A stretch of 64,000 nucleotides of DNA from Promethearchaeota archaeon (GTDB lineage Archaea > Asgardarchaeota > Lokiarchaeia > Sigyniarchaeales > SOKP01), in NCBI GenBank assembly GCA_019057795.1, contig JAHLWS010000080.1, positions 59,172-123,171 on the forward strand, in the 5' to 3' direction. Positions 29,968 to 40,300 of this stretch are shown here, piece after piece. Both the position numbers and the translations under genes were made by a program. Each line of letters starts with the position of its first letter. Position 1 is the first letter of the stretch. Below the pieces are notes generated by a model that saw only the letters and a list, made by a program, of their open reading frames with translations, did not search any database and was not told where the DNA came from.

Positions 29968-31809
29968 GTGAAACGCAATGGAGAGAAAGTTTTAAAAAAA
30001 GTTGAAAACATATTCGAATACTATTGTCGAATCTCAGGTTTCGATATTTATAATAAGTTTTATCGTCCAACAAGATTAGTAGCTTATAGGATTTCCGAGG
30101 AATTGAGGAAATTAGGCGTGATTGACAGTTGCCATTTATCTGAAGTAGATAATCTAGTCAAAGATCATCTAAATGAAATTTTTGATTTTGAAAGCATCTT
30201 TAATAAAGGAAAGCAACAAGTTAATTGGATCCCAGATTCAGACACAATATCGGATTTTGTAAAAACAATATTAAAAGCCTCGCAAATGAAACTAGAATTA
30301 GTGAATCCGATTCAATCTGCTCGAATCTATAATATCTTATCAACAAACATTGAAAATATTCAAAAGGATTATTTGGATTTTCTTATTAACGCTAAAGATG
30401 GATTAGGGCTGCTTAAAGATTATCCCATTTCTCCCCGTAGGGTTTTGGTTCATGACATTATTATCTCTTTAGCTAAATACGAATTTTTTGCTCAAATCTT
30501 AAAAAGAGACTATCCTCTAAAATTAATTTCAATATTATTGTTTGGTCATAAAAGTCCTTTAAAAACATTTCTCGTTCAAGAAAATAGACCGTACCCTAAC
30601 AAAATTTTATCTTTATATCTCCCATTTACAACGGATATAATAACAAAATTTGATAAACTTGATTTAACAATTACTTTCAAGCAAATGAAAAGCCTTCAAG
30701 AAGATATTTATGAAGATATTAAATCTTGGATTTTCTCTAATCCTTACAATGATGACCTCTATGTTAATGAAAATCCAATAAGAGGTTTTAAACCAATTAA
30801 GAAAGGCGAGCTATTTCCTGAATATGATTTTGTAGTAGCAGTATGGTTAATGAATGCAATTCATCAAAATAAAAAGGACCTATTATTTTCTGAATTAAAA
30901 GGATATCGCCCAAGCATATTTAAAAAGCTTTTGAGAAACTCCGATCCGCTACCTGAGAACGCATGGAGAACTCTTATGCATGGTATGTTGGACATCTACG
31001 AAATGGATTCTTCTCTTTATCCTGAAAAAACCGTCATCTATCGTAAATGTATCAAGGAGTCGGTAAAATACGCTAAGCTCAGAGGATTCAGCTTTTTCAA
31101 CCCGAAAAGACCGGATTATCATAAGTATTTATTTAATGAAGAATACGTCGTTGCTTACAATGTAATTATGGAATTAGCAATGTTTCATGGTATTGATCCA
31201 GTTGACTTTACAATGCTAAAGGATGAGACTTTTAGTAAAGAATATCAGGTCGGGAAGGATAAGTTTGCTCGCCACGAGCCTTTTGGATATTCGCTTTCTC
31301 CGTTCAGCCAAGTCCTTACCACATTTAGACAAAATGTTGGAATATATAAAACTTTAACCAAACCTCAACAAAGAGTTGCTATTAATTTATTTAAACAATT
31401 AATGCTATTCGAAAAGCACGATGCTGGAGGTAATTTATTAGATATTGACCATACAGACATTATGAGAATTTACGGAGAGCAAAATTCATGGATATACAAA
31501 CGATGGGGTAAGGGAATATGGCACGATGATCCAAAATTCATAAATACTCTAAATAAACTGAATCATTTAAGACGAGAAATACGGCAGAAATCATTAGATC
31601 AATATTTAAAAGATAATTGGAAAGTAGCATATAATCGATTTTGGGTGAACAATATTGCGAGCGGTAAGAGCAGGTGCGATTTGTACTATCTAATATACGA
31701 ATTAGAAGGATTGGGCGACGATAATTTAGTACAAGACATCTTATCCATCGACTTCGGTCAACTTTTCGGCAATCTTTTATCTGACCACGGTTATCCGGTA
31801 AGGCTATAA
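29968..31809 (+). CDS. Hypothetical protein (613 aa)
   Basis: Long ORF with no motif I can recognise. Confidence 0.7.
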   Translation: MKRNGEKVLKKVENIFEYYCRISGFDIYNKFYRPTRLVAYRISEELRKLGVIDSCHLSEVDNLVKDHLNEIFDFESIFNKGKQQVNWIPDSDTISDFVKTILKASQMKLELVNPIQSARIYNILSTNIENIQKDYLDFLINAKDGLGLLKDYPISPRRVLVHDIIISLAKYEFFAQILKRDYPLKLISILLFGHKSPLKTFLVQENRPYPNKILSLYLPFTTDIITKFDKLDLTITFKQMKSLQEDIYEDIKSWIFSNPYNDDLYVNENPIRGFKPIKKGELFPEYDFVVAVWLMNAIHQNKKDLLFSELKGYRPSIFKKLLRNSDPLPENAWRTLMHGMLDIYEMDSSLYPEKTVIYRKCIKESVKYAKLRGFSFFNPKRPDYHKYLFNEEYVVAYNVIMELAMFHGIDPVDFTMLKDETFSKEYQVGKDKFARHEPFGYSLSPFSQVLTTFRQNVGIYKTLTKPQQRVAINLFKQLMLFEKHDAGGNLLDIDHTDIMRIYGEQNSWIYKRWGKGIWHDDPKFINTLNKLNHLRREIRQKSLDQYLKDNWKVAYNRFWVNNIASGKSRCDLYYLIYELEGLGDDNLVQDILSIDFGQLFGNLLSDHGYPVRL

Positions 31810-31858
31810 ATCCCTACTCCCATAATATTTAAATAAGCACATTTCTTTATTGAGGATA

Positions 31859-32266
31859 ATGAAAAAGAAAAAAACTATTATTATCAAGGACCCCCATCTG
31901 CGAAAAATTCGGGATAATTTAAGAGTAGTGATAGACCGTGCAGTAAATAATGAAGTATCGAGGTTTTGGAATTTAATGATGCAGATCGATCGAAGCACGG
32001 ATGAGGGGCGCGATCAATACTTTGCGCTTATGCACCAGAGGGACGCCCTCGAGATGATGGAGAGTAGTTCGACAATCCAGTGCGCCGCATGCAACTTCGG
32101 TATCGACAGAGATGTGCGATTTAATCCTTTTGACAAGGCATGGTACTGTATTGAATGTTACGACCTTATACGAGACCAATATTATAAGACGATGGCTAAA
32201 AAGAAAAAGGGCGAATTTATTGGCACCGATTATAACGAAGAATATGCCCGGAGCTTCACTGATTAA
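31859..32266 (+). CDS. Hypothetical zinc-finger protein
   Basis: CAAC...WYCIEC; visibly higher GC than the flanks. Confidence 0.7.
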   Translation: MKKKKTIIIKDPHLRKIRDNLRVVIDRAVNNEVSRFWNLMMQIDRSTDEGRDQYFALMHQRDALEMMESSSTIQCAACNFGIDRDVRFNPFDKAWYCIECYDLIRDQYYKTMAKKKKGEFIGTDYNEEYARSFTD

Positions 32267-32366
32267 CCACTTTTTTCATATCTAGCCTTTTTTTGAATTT
32301 CGCAAAATACATGCAAAATAACTGTCTAAATCTCTATAATTATTTATTATTTCTATAATTTTTTTT

Positions 32367-32445
32367 TGGATAATTATTCAAAACGCTTAAATACTCTCTT
32401 TGATATTTAATAAATAGTAATGAACAGATAATGAATGATTATCCA
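32367..32445. promoter_or_regulatory. Two palindromic operators upstream of the DUF5320 gene
   Basis: TGGATAATTATTCA (32367-32380) and TGAATGATTATCCA (32432-32445). Confidence 0.55.
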
Positions 32446-32510
32446 AAATAGCATTCAAAATCTGAATTTAAAAATATTAAAAACCAATAAAAAAGAGATG
32501 ATGTTAAAAA

Positions 32511-32912
32511 ATGCCCGGTGGAGATAGAACTGGACCTAGAGGTTTTGGTTCAATGACAGGAAGAGGTTTAGGATATTGTGCGGGATATAACAGTCCTGGC
32601 TATGCAAGTGGCGTAGGTTTAGGTTATGGTCGCGGTTATGGCCGAGGGATGGGTTGGGGTGCTGGACGCGGAAGAGGTTTTGGTAGAGGATACGGTAGAG
32701 GATACGAGATGGGATACGGATATGGAGGTCCTATTAATCCTCCTTATGTAGTTCCTGCACCAGTTTATGCGCCAATGGCCCCTTTAAGCGCTGGAGATCA
32801 AGCAACAATGTTAAAACAAGAAAAAGATTTCTTAGAATCTGAGCTTAAAGGTATAGGTGCCGCGATTGAGGATATCTCTAAAAGAATTGAAGAACTAGAG
32901 AAAAAAGAATAA
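32511..32912 (+). CDS. DUF5320 family Gly/Arg-rich protein
   Basis: MPGGDRTGPRG.G.MTGRGLGYC, GRG repeats, C-terminal coiled coil. Confidence 0.9.
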   Translation: MPGGDRTGPRGFGSMTGRGLGYCAGYNSPGYASGVGLGYGRGYGRGMGWGAGRGRGFGRGYGRGYEMGYGYGGPINPPYVVPAPVYAPMAPLSAGDQATMLKQEKDFLESELKGIGAAIEDISKRIEELEKKE

Positions 32913-32977
32913 TTTTTTTTTTCATTTTTATATTAATTAAAACTTTAAAAGTTCAAATTTGATTATGGATAAGTGCT

Positions 32978-33373
32978 ATGTCGTTAATTAAAGATACTTA
33001 CGAAGATTATCTCAAAGCAATTTACATCGTATCGAAGAAAAACAAAGGTGGATGGGTTTCTAATTCAGAGATATCTAACTTTTTAAAAGTTAAGCCCGCT
33101 TCTGTATCAAACATGTTGTTTAAATTGCAAACTAACAATTTAATAAATTGGCGTCCGAGAAAATCAGTAAGATTAAGTACGAAAGGAAAAGATATAGCAA
33201 TTAGAACCATTAACAAATATAATCTATGGAAGAGTTTTTTTATTAATACCTTGGGTGTAAACGATAGTCTTGAACTCGACGAACTTTGTTGTAAAATAGA
33301 ACATTTCATAACGCCCGAAATTTCAGATGCTTTAGAAAATTTACTTCTCGAAGAAGTACGAGAAAATCTTTAA
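32978..33373 (+). CDS. DtxR/MntR family metal-dependent transcriptional regulator
   Basis: EDYLKAIY, V.PASVS.M, C.IEH motifs. Confidence 0.9.
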   Translation: MSLIKDTYEDYLKAIYIVSKKNKGGWVSNSEISNFLKVKPASVSNMLFKLQTNNLINWRPRKSVRLSTKGKDIAIRTINKYNLWKSFFINTLGVNDSLELDELCCKIEHFITPEISDALENLLLEEVRENL

Positions 33374-33409
33374 AAAATAAAATAAAAAAAATAAAAAATT
33401 TTAATGTTT

Positions 33410-34735
33410 TTATAATTCTTGGATTGTTTTTTGTCTTTCTAATTTTTCTTCTGGTGTAAGTTCAACTTCGCCTCTTTTTACGAATAACATCATAATAAAC
33501 GCTAAAACGAAGAAAATGGCTCCATTAAGAAGTAGGAATTGAATGCCCAGTAAATCAGTAAGCCCTCCTACGATCATAGGTCCTAAAATTGCTGCCATGT
33601 AGCTGAAAAAGTAATAGAGTCCTGTATATGTTCCAATTTTCTTTTCAGTAGGAGCTAGTTCCCATACAATTACGATAGAATTAGTATTTATCATTGCCCA
33701 TCCGATTCCAAGGAAAGCAAGTGGTATTGCTATTATTGCTAATGGAACTTGGGCGAGCCCCATGGGGAATGCTATGACTAACATAACGATCCAAATTATT
33801 ACGCCGATTTTAATTGTTGTTCGTCTACCAATCTTGCCAGGAAGATACGATAGCGGATAAATTGTGAGTAAGAGAGGAATTGTTACTATGAATGGTAAAA
33901 ATCCAGCAAGTCCTGGTTCGTATCCTAATACTTGTACGCCATAAATTGAAATAAGAGCTACAATTCCTTGGTATCCAATGAACCAACAGAAGATCGCTAA
34001 TAAAATAAAAAGTGTGCTCTTATCTTCCTCGCCAGCAATATCCTTTATACTTTCGATCAAGCCAGGAGTCGTTTTTTCTTTTTTGATTTTTTCTCCTTCT
34101 TTTGCTTCCATCTCTAAGATTAATTGGTAACAGTATGAATCTTTCTCTTTTATACGCCATAATAGTACCAGTAGTGCAATTACCATAATAAATGATATTA
34201 TAAGAAATAGCATTTGTAATCCAAGTACGCTAAGTAGGAGACTCATCCCATATCCGATTGCTACACCAAAACCACCCATAAGATTTATTATTGCGTTTCC
34301 TTTACTTCTATTTTCGGGCCTTACGAAATCTGGCATTATTGAAACCGCTTGAGCTCTATAGAATCCCATGCTTGTACCAAATAAGAACATAAAAATAATC
34401 AACGTTAGCAATGATGTTTGTGTAGGAATCAAAGAGAAAAACAACGCCCCTAACGGAATACCTATTATCAAATATGGCATTCTTCTTCCGAATTTAGTCC
34501 GGGTATTATCGGAGATTGCCCCCATAATAGGTTGGATAATTACTCCAATCATATTATCTAAAGCCATAAGTAATCCAATAATAAAAAAAGAAGTTAAATA
34601 TGTCCCTAATAGTAAAGGAATCTGTGCGTTATAAAGTGCCCATGAGATTTCTGAAGCGAAAAAAGCTAACCCGATGGTTAAGGTTTGGCCAGCATTAAAT
34701 TTTGATTTTTTTTCACTTTCTGACATTTTTTTCAC
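33410..34735 (-). CDS. MFS transporter (sugar/GPH-like)
   Basis: About 12 TM; 'GAISDNTRTKFGRRMPY' motif. Confidence 0.9.
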   Translation of the reverse strand: MKKMSESEKKSKFNAGQTLTIGLAFFASEISWALYNAQIPLLLGTYLTSFFIIGLLMALDNMIGVIIQPIMGAISDNTRTKFGRRMPYLIIGIPLGALFFSLIPTQTSLLTLIIFMFLFGTSMGFYRAQAVSIMPDFVRPENRSKGNAIINLMGGFGVAIGYGMSLLLSVLGLQMLFLIISFIMVIALLVLLWRIKEKDSYCYQLILEMEAKEGEKIKKEKTTPGLIESIKDIAGEEDKSTLFILLAIFCWFIGYQGIVALISIYGVQVLGYEPGLAGFLPFIVTIPLLLTIYPLSYLPGKIGRRTTIKIGVIIWIVMLVIAFPMGLAQVPLAIIAIPLAFLGIGWAMINTNSIVIVWELAPTEKKIGTYTGLYYFFSYMAAILGPMIVGGLTDLLGIQFLLLNGAIFFVLAFIMMLFVKRGEVELTPEEKLERQKTIQEL

Positions 34736-34877
34736 ATTTTTTTTTTAGATATAGTTAAATGATAATATACTATAAATTTCTTCTTCCATATAAAATTCCT
34801 TTTTTTCTCAACTTTATTAAAAGGATTTAATTTATTTCTTAATTTTTTCTAATCACAATAGCAAAGGTATTAGTAAA

Positions 34878-35762
34878 ATGCAATTAGAACCTGAATGTGT
34901 TGGATGTCTTTTTAATCAAGTATTGAGAGCATTTCAGTTGTTAAAGCCTGACATCTCCCGAGAAATAGTTCTGGGTACTCAGAAAAAATTAATGGAATAT
35001 CTTATGAATCTCGATATGGAACAAAATGCCTCTCCCATATTTGGAAAAACATTATACAAGCTTGTCGCGGAAGCTTTAGACGTAAAAGACCCTTACGCTT
35101 CTATTAAAAAAAAATACAATCAATTGGCTATGCAATTTTACGACGAGGCTAAAAAGATAGTCGATAAGGCAGAAGATCCTTTGATCGAAGCGATTATTGT
35201 TGCTGCTTTGGGAAATACGATCGATCTAGCTGCTCAGCATAAAATAGATTTCATCAACGATATCAAGAAATTCTCTCCAAAAGATTTAGTAATAAACGAC
35301 TACGACAAATTCAAACAGGTGCTTCAGAAAACGAACCATTTACTAATTTTGGGAGATAATTGCGGAGAAATCGTATTTGATAAATTATTAATTGTTACCA
35401 TTAAAGAATTGTATCCCGATTTAGAGATTATTTATTCGGTAAGAGCTGCTCCCACCATTAATGATGTAACGATTGAAGATGCTAAATTTGTTGGTCTTAC
35501 TGATTTAGTTCACGTGATCGAAGGAAGTGATACACCTGGTATCCATATACCAACATCTACCGACGAATTTAAGAAACACTTCTTTTTGAAGGATGGTGTG
35601 ATTTTATCAAAAGGGCAGGGAAATTTCGAAAGCTTGTATGGTATGAAAATGCCTGATATAAAAATGTTCTATTTATTAAAAGCTAAATGTTCATTGATGG
35701 AAAGAATATTTAAAGTAAAAATAGGAAATTTAATTTTCAAAATGAAGACAAATAGCTTTTAA
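34878..35762 (+). CDS. DUF89/ARMT1-like damage-control phosphatase
   Basis: ECxxC, GNTID, DNCGE, ND.T, SKGQGNFESL, KAKC. Confidence 0.9.
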   Translation: MQLEPECVGCLFNQVLRAFQLLKPDISREIVLGTQKKLMEYLMNLDMEQNASPIFGKTLYKLVAEALDVKDPYASIKKKYNQLAMQFYDEAKKIVDKAEDPLIEAIIVAALGNTIDLAAQHKIDFINDIKKFSPKDLVINDYDKFKQVLQKTNHLLILGDNCGEIVFDKLLIVTIKELYPDLEIIYSVRAAPTINDVTIEDAKFVGLTDLVHVIEGSDTPGIHIPTSTDEFKKHFFLKDGVILSKGQGNFESLYGMKMPDIKMFYLLKAKCSLMERIFKVKIGNLIFKMKTNSF

Positions 35763-35850
35763 GTTTAATTCCTATAGCTATTAAGCTTACTTTTCAATAT
35801 TTAAGTTGTTATCTAAGAGTAACAAAAAGTTAAAATTATTAAGAATAAGT

Positions 35851-36357
35851 TTAGTGCGAGCCATTTCTCAGCTTCACTATCGCTTCAGTAAAAAATCCAA
35901 AATCTCCAATTTCGGCTTCTGTATCTTCGTTTTTTATTCTTATAAAATAATCTTCAATTTGGTCATAGAGAATTTTTTTGAAAGATTCGAACTGGTATAT
36001 TTCAGCGCAATCTTCTATTTTGTCTTTATATATAGCATAGAACATATCTAACACTTTTTCTGATTCTCCTCTAATGTCGTTTTTAACAAATGATTTATCC
36101 AGTATAGTTATCATAACTAGATTATATTTATTTACTATAATCATGTCAATGGATAAACCTTTAATCGTAATCTCTTCAATTTTTCCCATATTTTCAGCTC
36201 CAAAAAGCTGAAGGGCTCCAACAAATGAAGAGAGCAACATAGGATTAATGTCAGAATCTAAAATGAGATCTAACAAATAAATTCCAGATTCCTTACAAAT
36301 AATAATACCCTTTAAAAATTTCGAAACCTCTGATTTAATATCTAAGCTAATGCTCAT
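35851..36357 (-). CDS. Longin-like domain protein (Asgard type)
   Basis: 'I...SGI.L.......D..LLSSFV.AL..FG.E.....EI' pattern. Confidence 0.55.
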   Translation of the reverse strand: MSISLDIKSEVSKFLKGIIICKESGIYLLDLILDSDINPMLLSSFVGALQLFGAENMGKIEEITIKGLSIDMIIVNKYNLVMITILDKSFVKNDIRGESEKVLDMFYAIYKDKIEDCAEIYQFESFKKILYDQIEDYFIRIKNEDTEAEIGDFGFFTEAIVKLRNGSH

Positions 36358-36638
36358 TTACCCTTAACCTGTAATTATGAAGATTTTTTGTATCTCCATA
36401 TTTATAATAAAAATATATCATTATTTGTTTAAATTCTTTAGGTATTTATCAGACTTTATATCATGTGGATATATATTCCCAAATTTCCTAGGACTAATAG
36501 GAAATCTTACTTTTTGTCGGATTAATCGCAATAATTTTAGATTTTTTTAATAAGAACCGATTTTTTATAACCGTTAAATTTAATGATGAATAAATATTCA
36601 GTTGAATTAATAAACATATTTAACATGAGTGATAAGGA

Positions 36639-37013
36639 ATGAATAAAGTTATTGGAATTCCATCCAATGGACCAGAACTAGTAGATCCAATTTCCGAACA
36701 CTTCGGACATTGCAATTATTTTGTAGGAATAGAGATTGACCAAGATAACAACATAAAAAAGGCATTTTCTTTGCGAAATGACGGACATACGGGATGCATG
36801 GAACCCGTTAACAACATGAGAGATAGGCGAGTAACGGATATGATTGTTGGAGGAATAGGCGGACGACCGTTCGCAGGATTTACTCAATATGGAATTAAAT
36901 TATATAAAGGAGTTAAAGGGACTCTAAACGATAATATTCAACTACTTTTACAAGGAAAATTACAACCTCTTAACGAAGCTGCCTGCGCCGGTGGTGGGCA
37001 CCCAAACCCTTAA
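36639..37013 (+). CDS. NifB/NifX family protein
   Basis: SEHFGHCNYF, H.GC, GGIGGRP. Confidence 0.9.
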   Translation: MNKVIGIPSNGPELVDPISEHFGHCNYFVGIEIDQDNNIKKAFSLRNDGHTGCMEPVNNMRDRRVTDMIVGGIGGRPFAGFTQYGIKLYKGVKGTLNDNIQLLLQGKLQPLNEAACAGGGHPNP

Positions 37014-37050
37014 TTTCATTAAAAATTTAAAAAAAATTTAAAAAAAGAAT

Positions 37051-37923
37051 TTATTTTTCTAATTCTTCTCTTATTTTAGCTACTATTGCTTTAAATGCTT
37101 TAGTGCTTTCTCTATTTGGATATTTTAAAACAAATGGCAATCCTTGGTCCCCTTGTTGACCTACTTCGACCTCAAAAGGAATTTTGCCTAGAAATTTAAT
37201 GTTAAAATCCTTAGATGCTTTTTCTGCACCACCAGGAGGGTAAAGATCGATGTATTCGTTACAATGAGGGCATTTAAATCCAGACATATTCTCAATTATT
37301 CCAAGTACATATCTATTCATTGTTTTTGCCATTGCTATAGTCTTTCGAGCGTCCATAATAGCAACTTCTTGAGGTGTAGAGACTACTATAACATTTTCAT
37401 CAGGAATCAGCTGTAAAATGTCAAGAGTCTCGTCAGAAGTGCCAGGAGGTAAATCACAGATTAAATAATCAAGATCACCCCAATGTGCGTCGCCTAAGAA
37501 TTGTCGTACAGCCCCCATTTTCATAGGACCCCTCCAGATCACTGGAGTGTCGCTATCTTGAAGTAAGAACGCCATACTAACAACTTTAATGTTTAAAGGA
37601 CCGTCAACAGGGTAGAATTTCTTTGCATCTGAATCTACGCGAGGTCTAATTTCGGGACTAATGCCTAGCATCTTATTCACATTCGGCCCTGTAATATCTA
37701 CATCCAAAATGCCTACGCGTAAACCTATGCTTGCCAAACTCATTGCTAGATTTACAGCTACGGTAGTTTTTCCAACACCTCCTTTTCCTGAAATAATAAC
37801 GATTTTATGTTTTATTTTAGCCATATTGATGCGAATGCTCACCATTCTCTCGTCCATTGCTTCTTGTTTTCCGTCGCTTACCATTTCCTTTAAATTAATA
37901 TCGGGTATTTCATCTTCTCCCAT
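37051..37923 (-). CDS. mrp: Mrp/NBP35 Fe-S cluster carrier ATPase
   Basis: SGKGGVGKTT, VIWRGP, DLPPGTSD, ENMS..CPHC. Confidence 0.95.
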   Translation of the reverse strand: MGEDEIPDINLKEMVSDGKQEAMDERMVSIRINMAKIKHKIVIISGKGGVGKTTVAVNLAMSLASIGLRVGILDVDITGPNVNKMLGISPEIRPRVDSDAKKFYPVDGPLNIKVVSMAFLLQDSDTPVIWRGPMKMGAVRQFLGDAHWGDLDYLICDLPPGTSDETLDILQLIPDENVIVVSTPQEVAIMDARKTIAMAKTMNRYVLGIIENMSGFKCPHCNEYIDLYPPGGAEKASKDFNIKFLGKIPFEVEVGQQGDQGLPFVLKYPNRESTKAFKAIVAKIREELEK

Positions 37924-38260
37924 TTTTTGATATCAACTACTTTATTTTACTTTTAATTTTCTTTGCTAATTTATTATAATTTTAAAGATTCATTAATATC
38001 CTTTAATCTATCGCTAATATTTTGAAAATCCTTTAAAACATTAGATTATATTTCTATAGGTTTCATCCATGTTTTATTATAATTCAAAACAATTTTGTGA
38101 ATGATTATTTAAAATAATAATAATAATTAATTACTATTCTTCTCCATTTTTTAAATTTCTTAATTAAGAGCTTATATTATGCAATAAGTAAACTTTTATA
38201 GAAATGAATCAAAATATAATTCGAGTTAATTAAAAGTTTTTAAAAAAAGGTAAAACCAAT

Positions 38261-38653
38261 ATGGAAATAATAACAGTACCGAGTTATAGAGAAGGAGGAT
38301 TAAATGAGATTTTCCACCTGAAATTTGGTAGATGTGACAGCTTTACTTTTATAACCGTAGATAATAATGAAATTACACAAGTTAAAGTAATCAAAAATTT
38401 TGCGGCTAACGAACAAGGAGGTGCTGGCACGCTATCAGCCAAATTAGTTAAAAGTAATGGTGGTGATAAGCTAATTGTTAGCAGACTAGGGCCAAACGCT
38501 TCCAAAGCATTAAGTTCCTTAAATATTAAAACATTTCAAGGACCTGATCAAGAAATTACAATTAAAGAATTGATGAATCTTTACCTAGAGGGTAAAATAA
38601 ATATGACCAAATCAGCAGAGCTCATTAAAAGTGCTGAAATGGGGCAAAGATAA
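38261..38653 (+). CDS. NifB/NifX family protein
   Basis: FGRC.SF, GGAG, GPNA motifs. Confidence 0.9.
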   Translation: MEIITVPSYREGGLNEIFHLKFGRCDSFTFITVDNNEITQVKVIKNFAANEQGGAGTLSAKLVKSNGGDKLIVSRLGPNASKALSSLNIKTFQGPDQEITIKELMNLYLEGKINMTKSAELIKSAEMGQR

Positions 38654-38891
38654 AAAACTATGATGTCTTAAATCATACTTTTAGAAAATAAAGCTCAAAA
38701 TATGGTAATCTTAAGGAAATTTAACTATTTCTTAACTTCCTGTTATTATTAACTTAAAATCAATTCTATTTTTAAACAAAATGGTTATAAATTATATCTA
38801 TTTCGAGGAAATTAAATAGAATAATCATTCATAATACTTAAATTCTATCAAGATTTAGTTTAATCATACTTTAAAAGGTGATATGTAAAAA

Positions 38892-39332
38892 ATGGTAATA
38901 GTTGGTATTCCTACATTTGGAAATTTAGGCTTGAAAGAAGTTATGAATAATCGCTTTGGAAGGTGCAGCAGCTTCACATTTGTTACAATTGAAAATAACG
39001 AAATAGTAGAAGTTAAATCCGTTGCAAATGATGCGCAGGGTGCGATGGGTGGTGCGGGAATTCAAGCGGCTCAAATCATCGGTAATAACGGAGCCACAGA
39101 GGTCATAGTAGGCAATTTAGGTCCTAACGCGGCGAATTCTTTAAACGCTATAAATATTAAAATTTATCAATCACAGGGTGGAAGTTTAACTGTGAGAGAA
39201 TTAATTGATTTGCTTTTAAGTGGTAAATTGCAAGTTCTTACGTCTTCAAATGTTGGAGCTCACGCAGGCATGGGCGGAGGCCGAGGTATGGGCGGTGGCA
39301 TGGGTGGTGGCGGTCGAGGAAGACAGTTTTAA
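38892..39332 (+). CDS. NifB/NifX family protein (Orange-protein-like) with Gly-rich tail
   Basis: RFGRC, GGAGIQAAQ, GPNA, C-terminal HAGMGGGRG. Confidence 0.9.
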   Translation: MVIVGIPTFGNLGLKEVMNNRFGRCSSFTFVTIENNEIVEVKSVANDAQGAMGGAGIQAAQIIGNNGATEVIVGNLGPNAANSLNAINIKIYQSQGGSLTVRELIDLLLSGKLQVLTSSNVGAHAGMGGGRGMGGGMGGGGRGRQF

Positions 39333-39382
39333 TTAAGTAAAGCTAATTTAAATACATTATTTACTAAAAAGCAGAACTAAAA

Positions 39383-40300
39383 ATGCTCAAACCTAAAATT
39401 ATTTGTGTTACAGGTGGCAAGGGCGGGACGGGAAAAACGCTGGTTGCCGTGAATTTGGCAATAATGTTTAAGAATCGGGGTTATAAAGTACTTCTTATCG
39501 ACGGAGATGTTGAGAACCCTAATACTTTTTTATGATTAAACGTAAAGCTTAAGAATAAAACAGAAGTTCTTTATTTCCTACCTAAAATAATTGAAGATAA
39601 ATGTACTAAGTGTGGGTTGTGCGCAGAAAATTGTGAAACACACGCACTATTATACATAAAGGATTCCTATCCAATTCCGATATCGACGGTCTGTTCAGGT
39701 TGCAAATTATGCTATAAGATTTGTCCGACTGATGCCATTGAACCGGATCTAAAAGTTATTGGATGGACTTACACAGCCTCCGCATTTAACATAGATCTTT
39801 TTCTAGGCGAATTAAAGCCAGCCGAAGCGCGCTCAGCCGTAATTGTAAATAAATTGATGGGAAATTTAGAAAGGGTTATAAAAACAAAGCCAGAAAAATA
39901 TGATATCGTTATATTGGATACAGCGCCAGGAGCTCATTGCGATGTAGAAGAATTAATTAATGGGGCTGATCTTGTCATACCAGTTACAGAACCCACGAGA
40001 TTCGGAAAGCTTGATTTATTGAGAATCATAGAATTGATTGATTTATTGAAGAAAGAATACAAGGCTATTGTGAATCGATCATCGCTGCTGGGTTATAAAG
40101 AGAAATTTTTAAAAGAATTAGAAGAAAAAAGTATAGAAATTTTAGGCGACATTCCTTTAGACGAAGAGATTGTGAGTTCGTATTGTCAAGGTATTCCGTT
40201 AATGGACGAAAAAAGCAAATTTGATAGGGATGGAGCTGGCTACAAATCGTTTGAAATAATTTTTGAGAATTTATTGAAGTGGGGTGATTTTTCAAAGTGA
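39383..40300 (+). pseudogene. MinD-like P-loop ATPase with ferredoxin insert (COG1149-like), interrupted by in-frame TGA at 39533-39535
   Basis: ATG 39383 gives GGKGGTGKT and DGDVENPN, then TGA at codon 51, then the same frame continues into CxxCxxC ferredoxin motifs and VTEPT (305 codons in total). Confidence 0.75.

Noticed and set aside
27274-39332. Nitrogen fixation cluster
   Set aside because: Only NifX-like and NifU-like small proteins are present; no nifH/D/K/E/N in the window.
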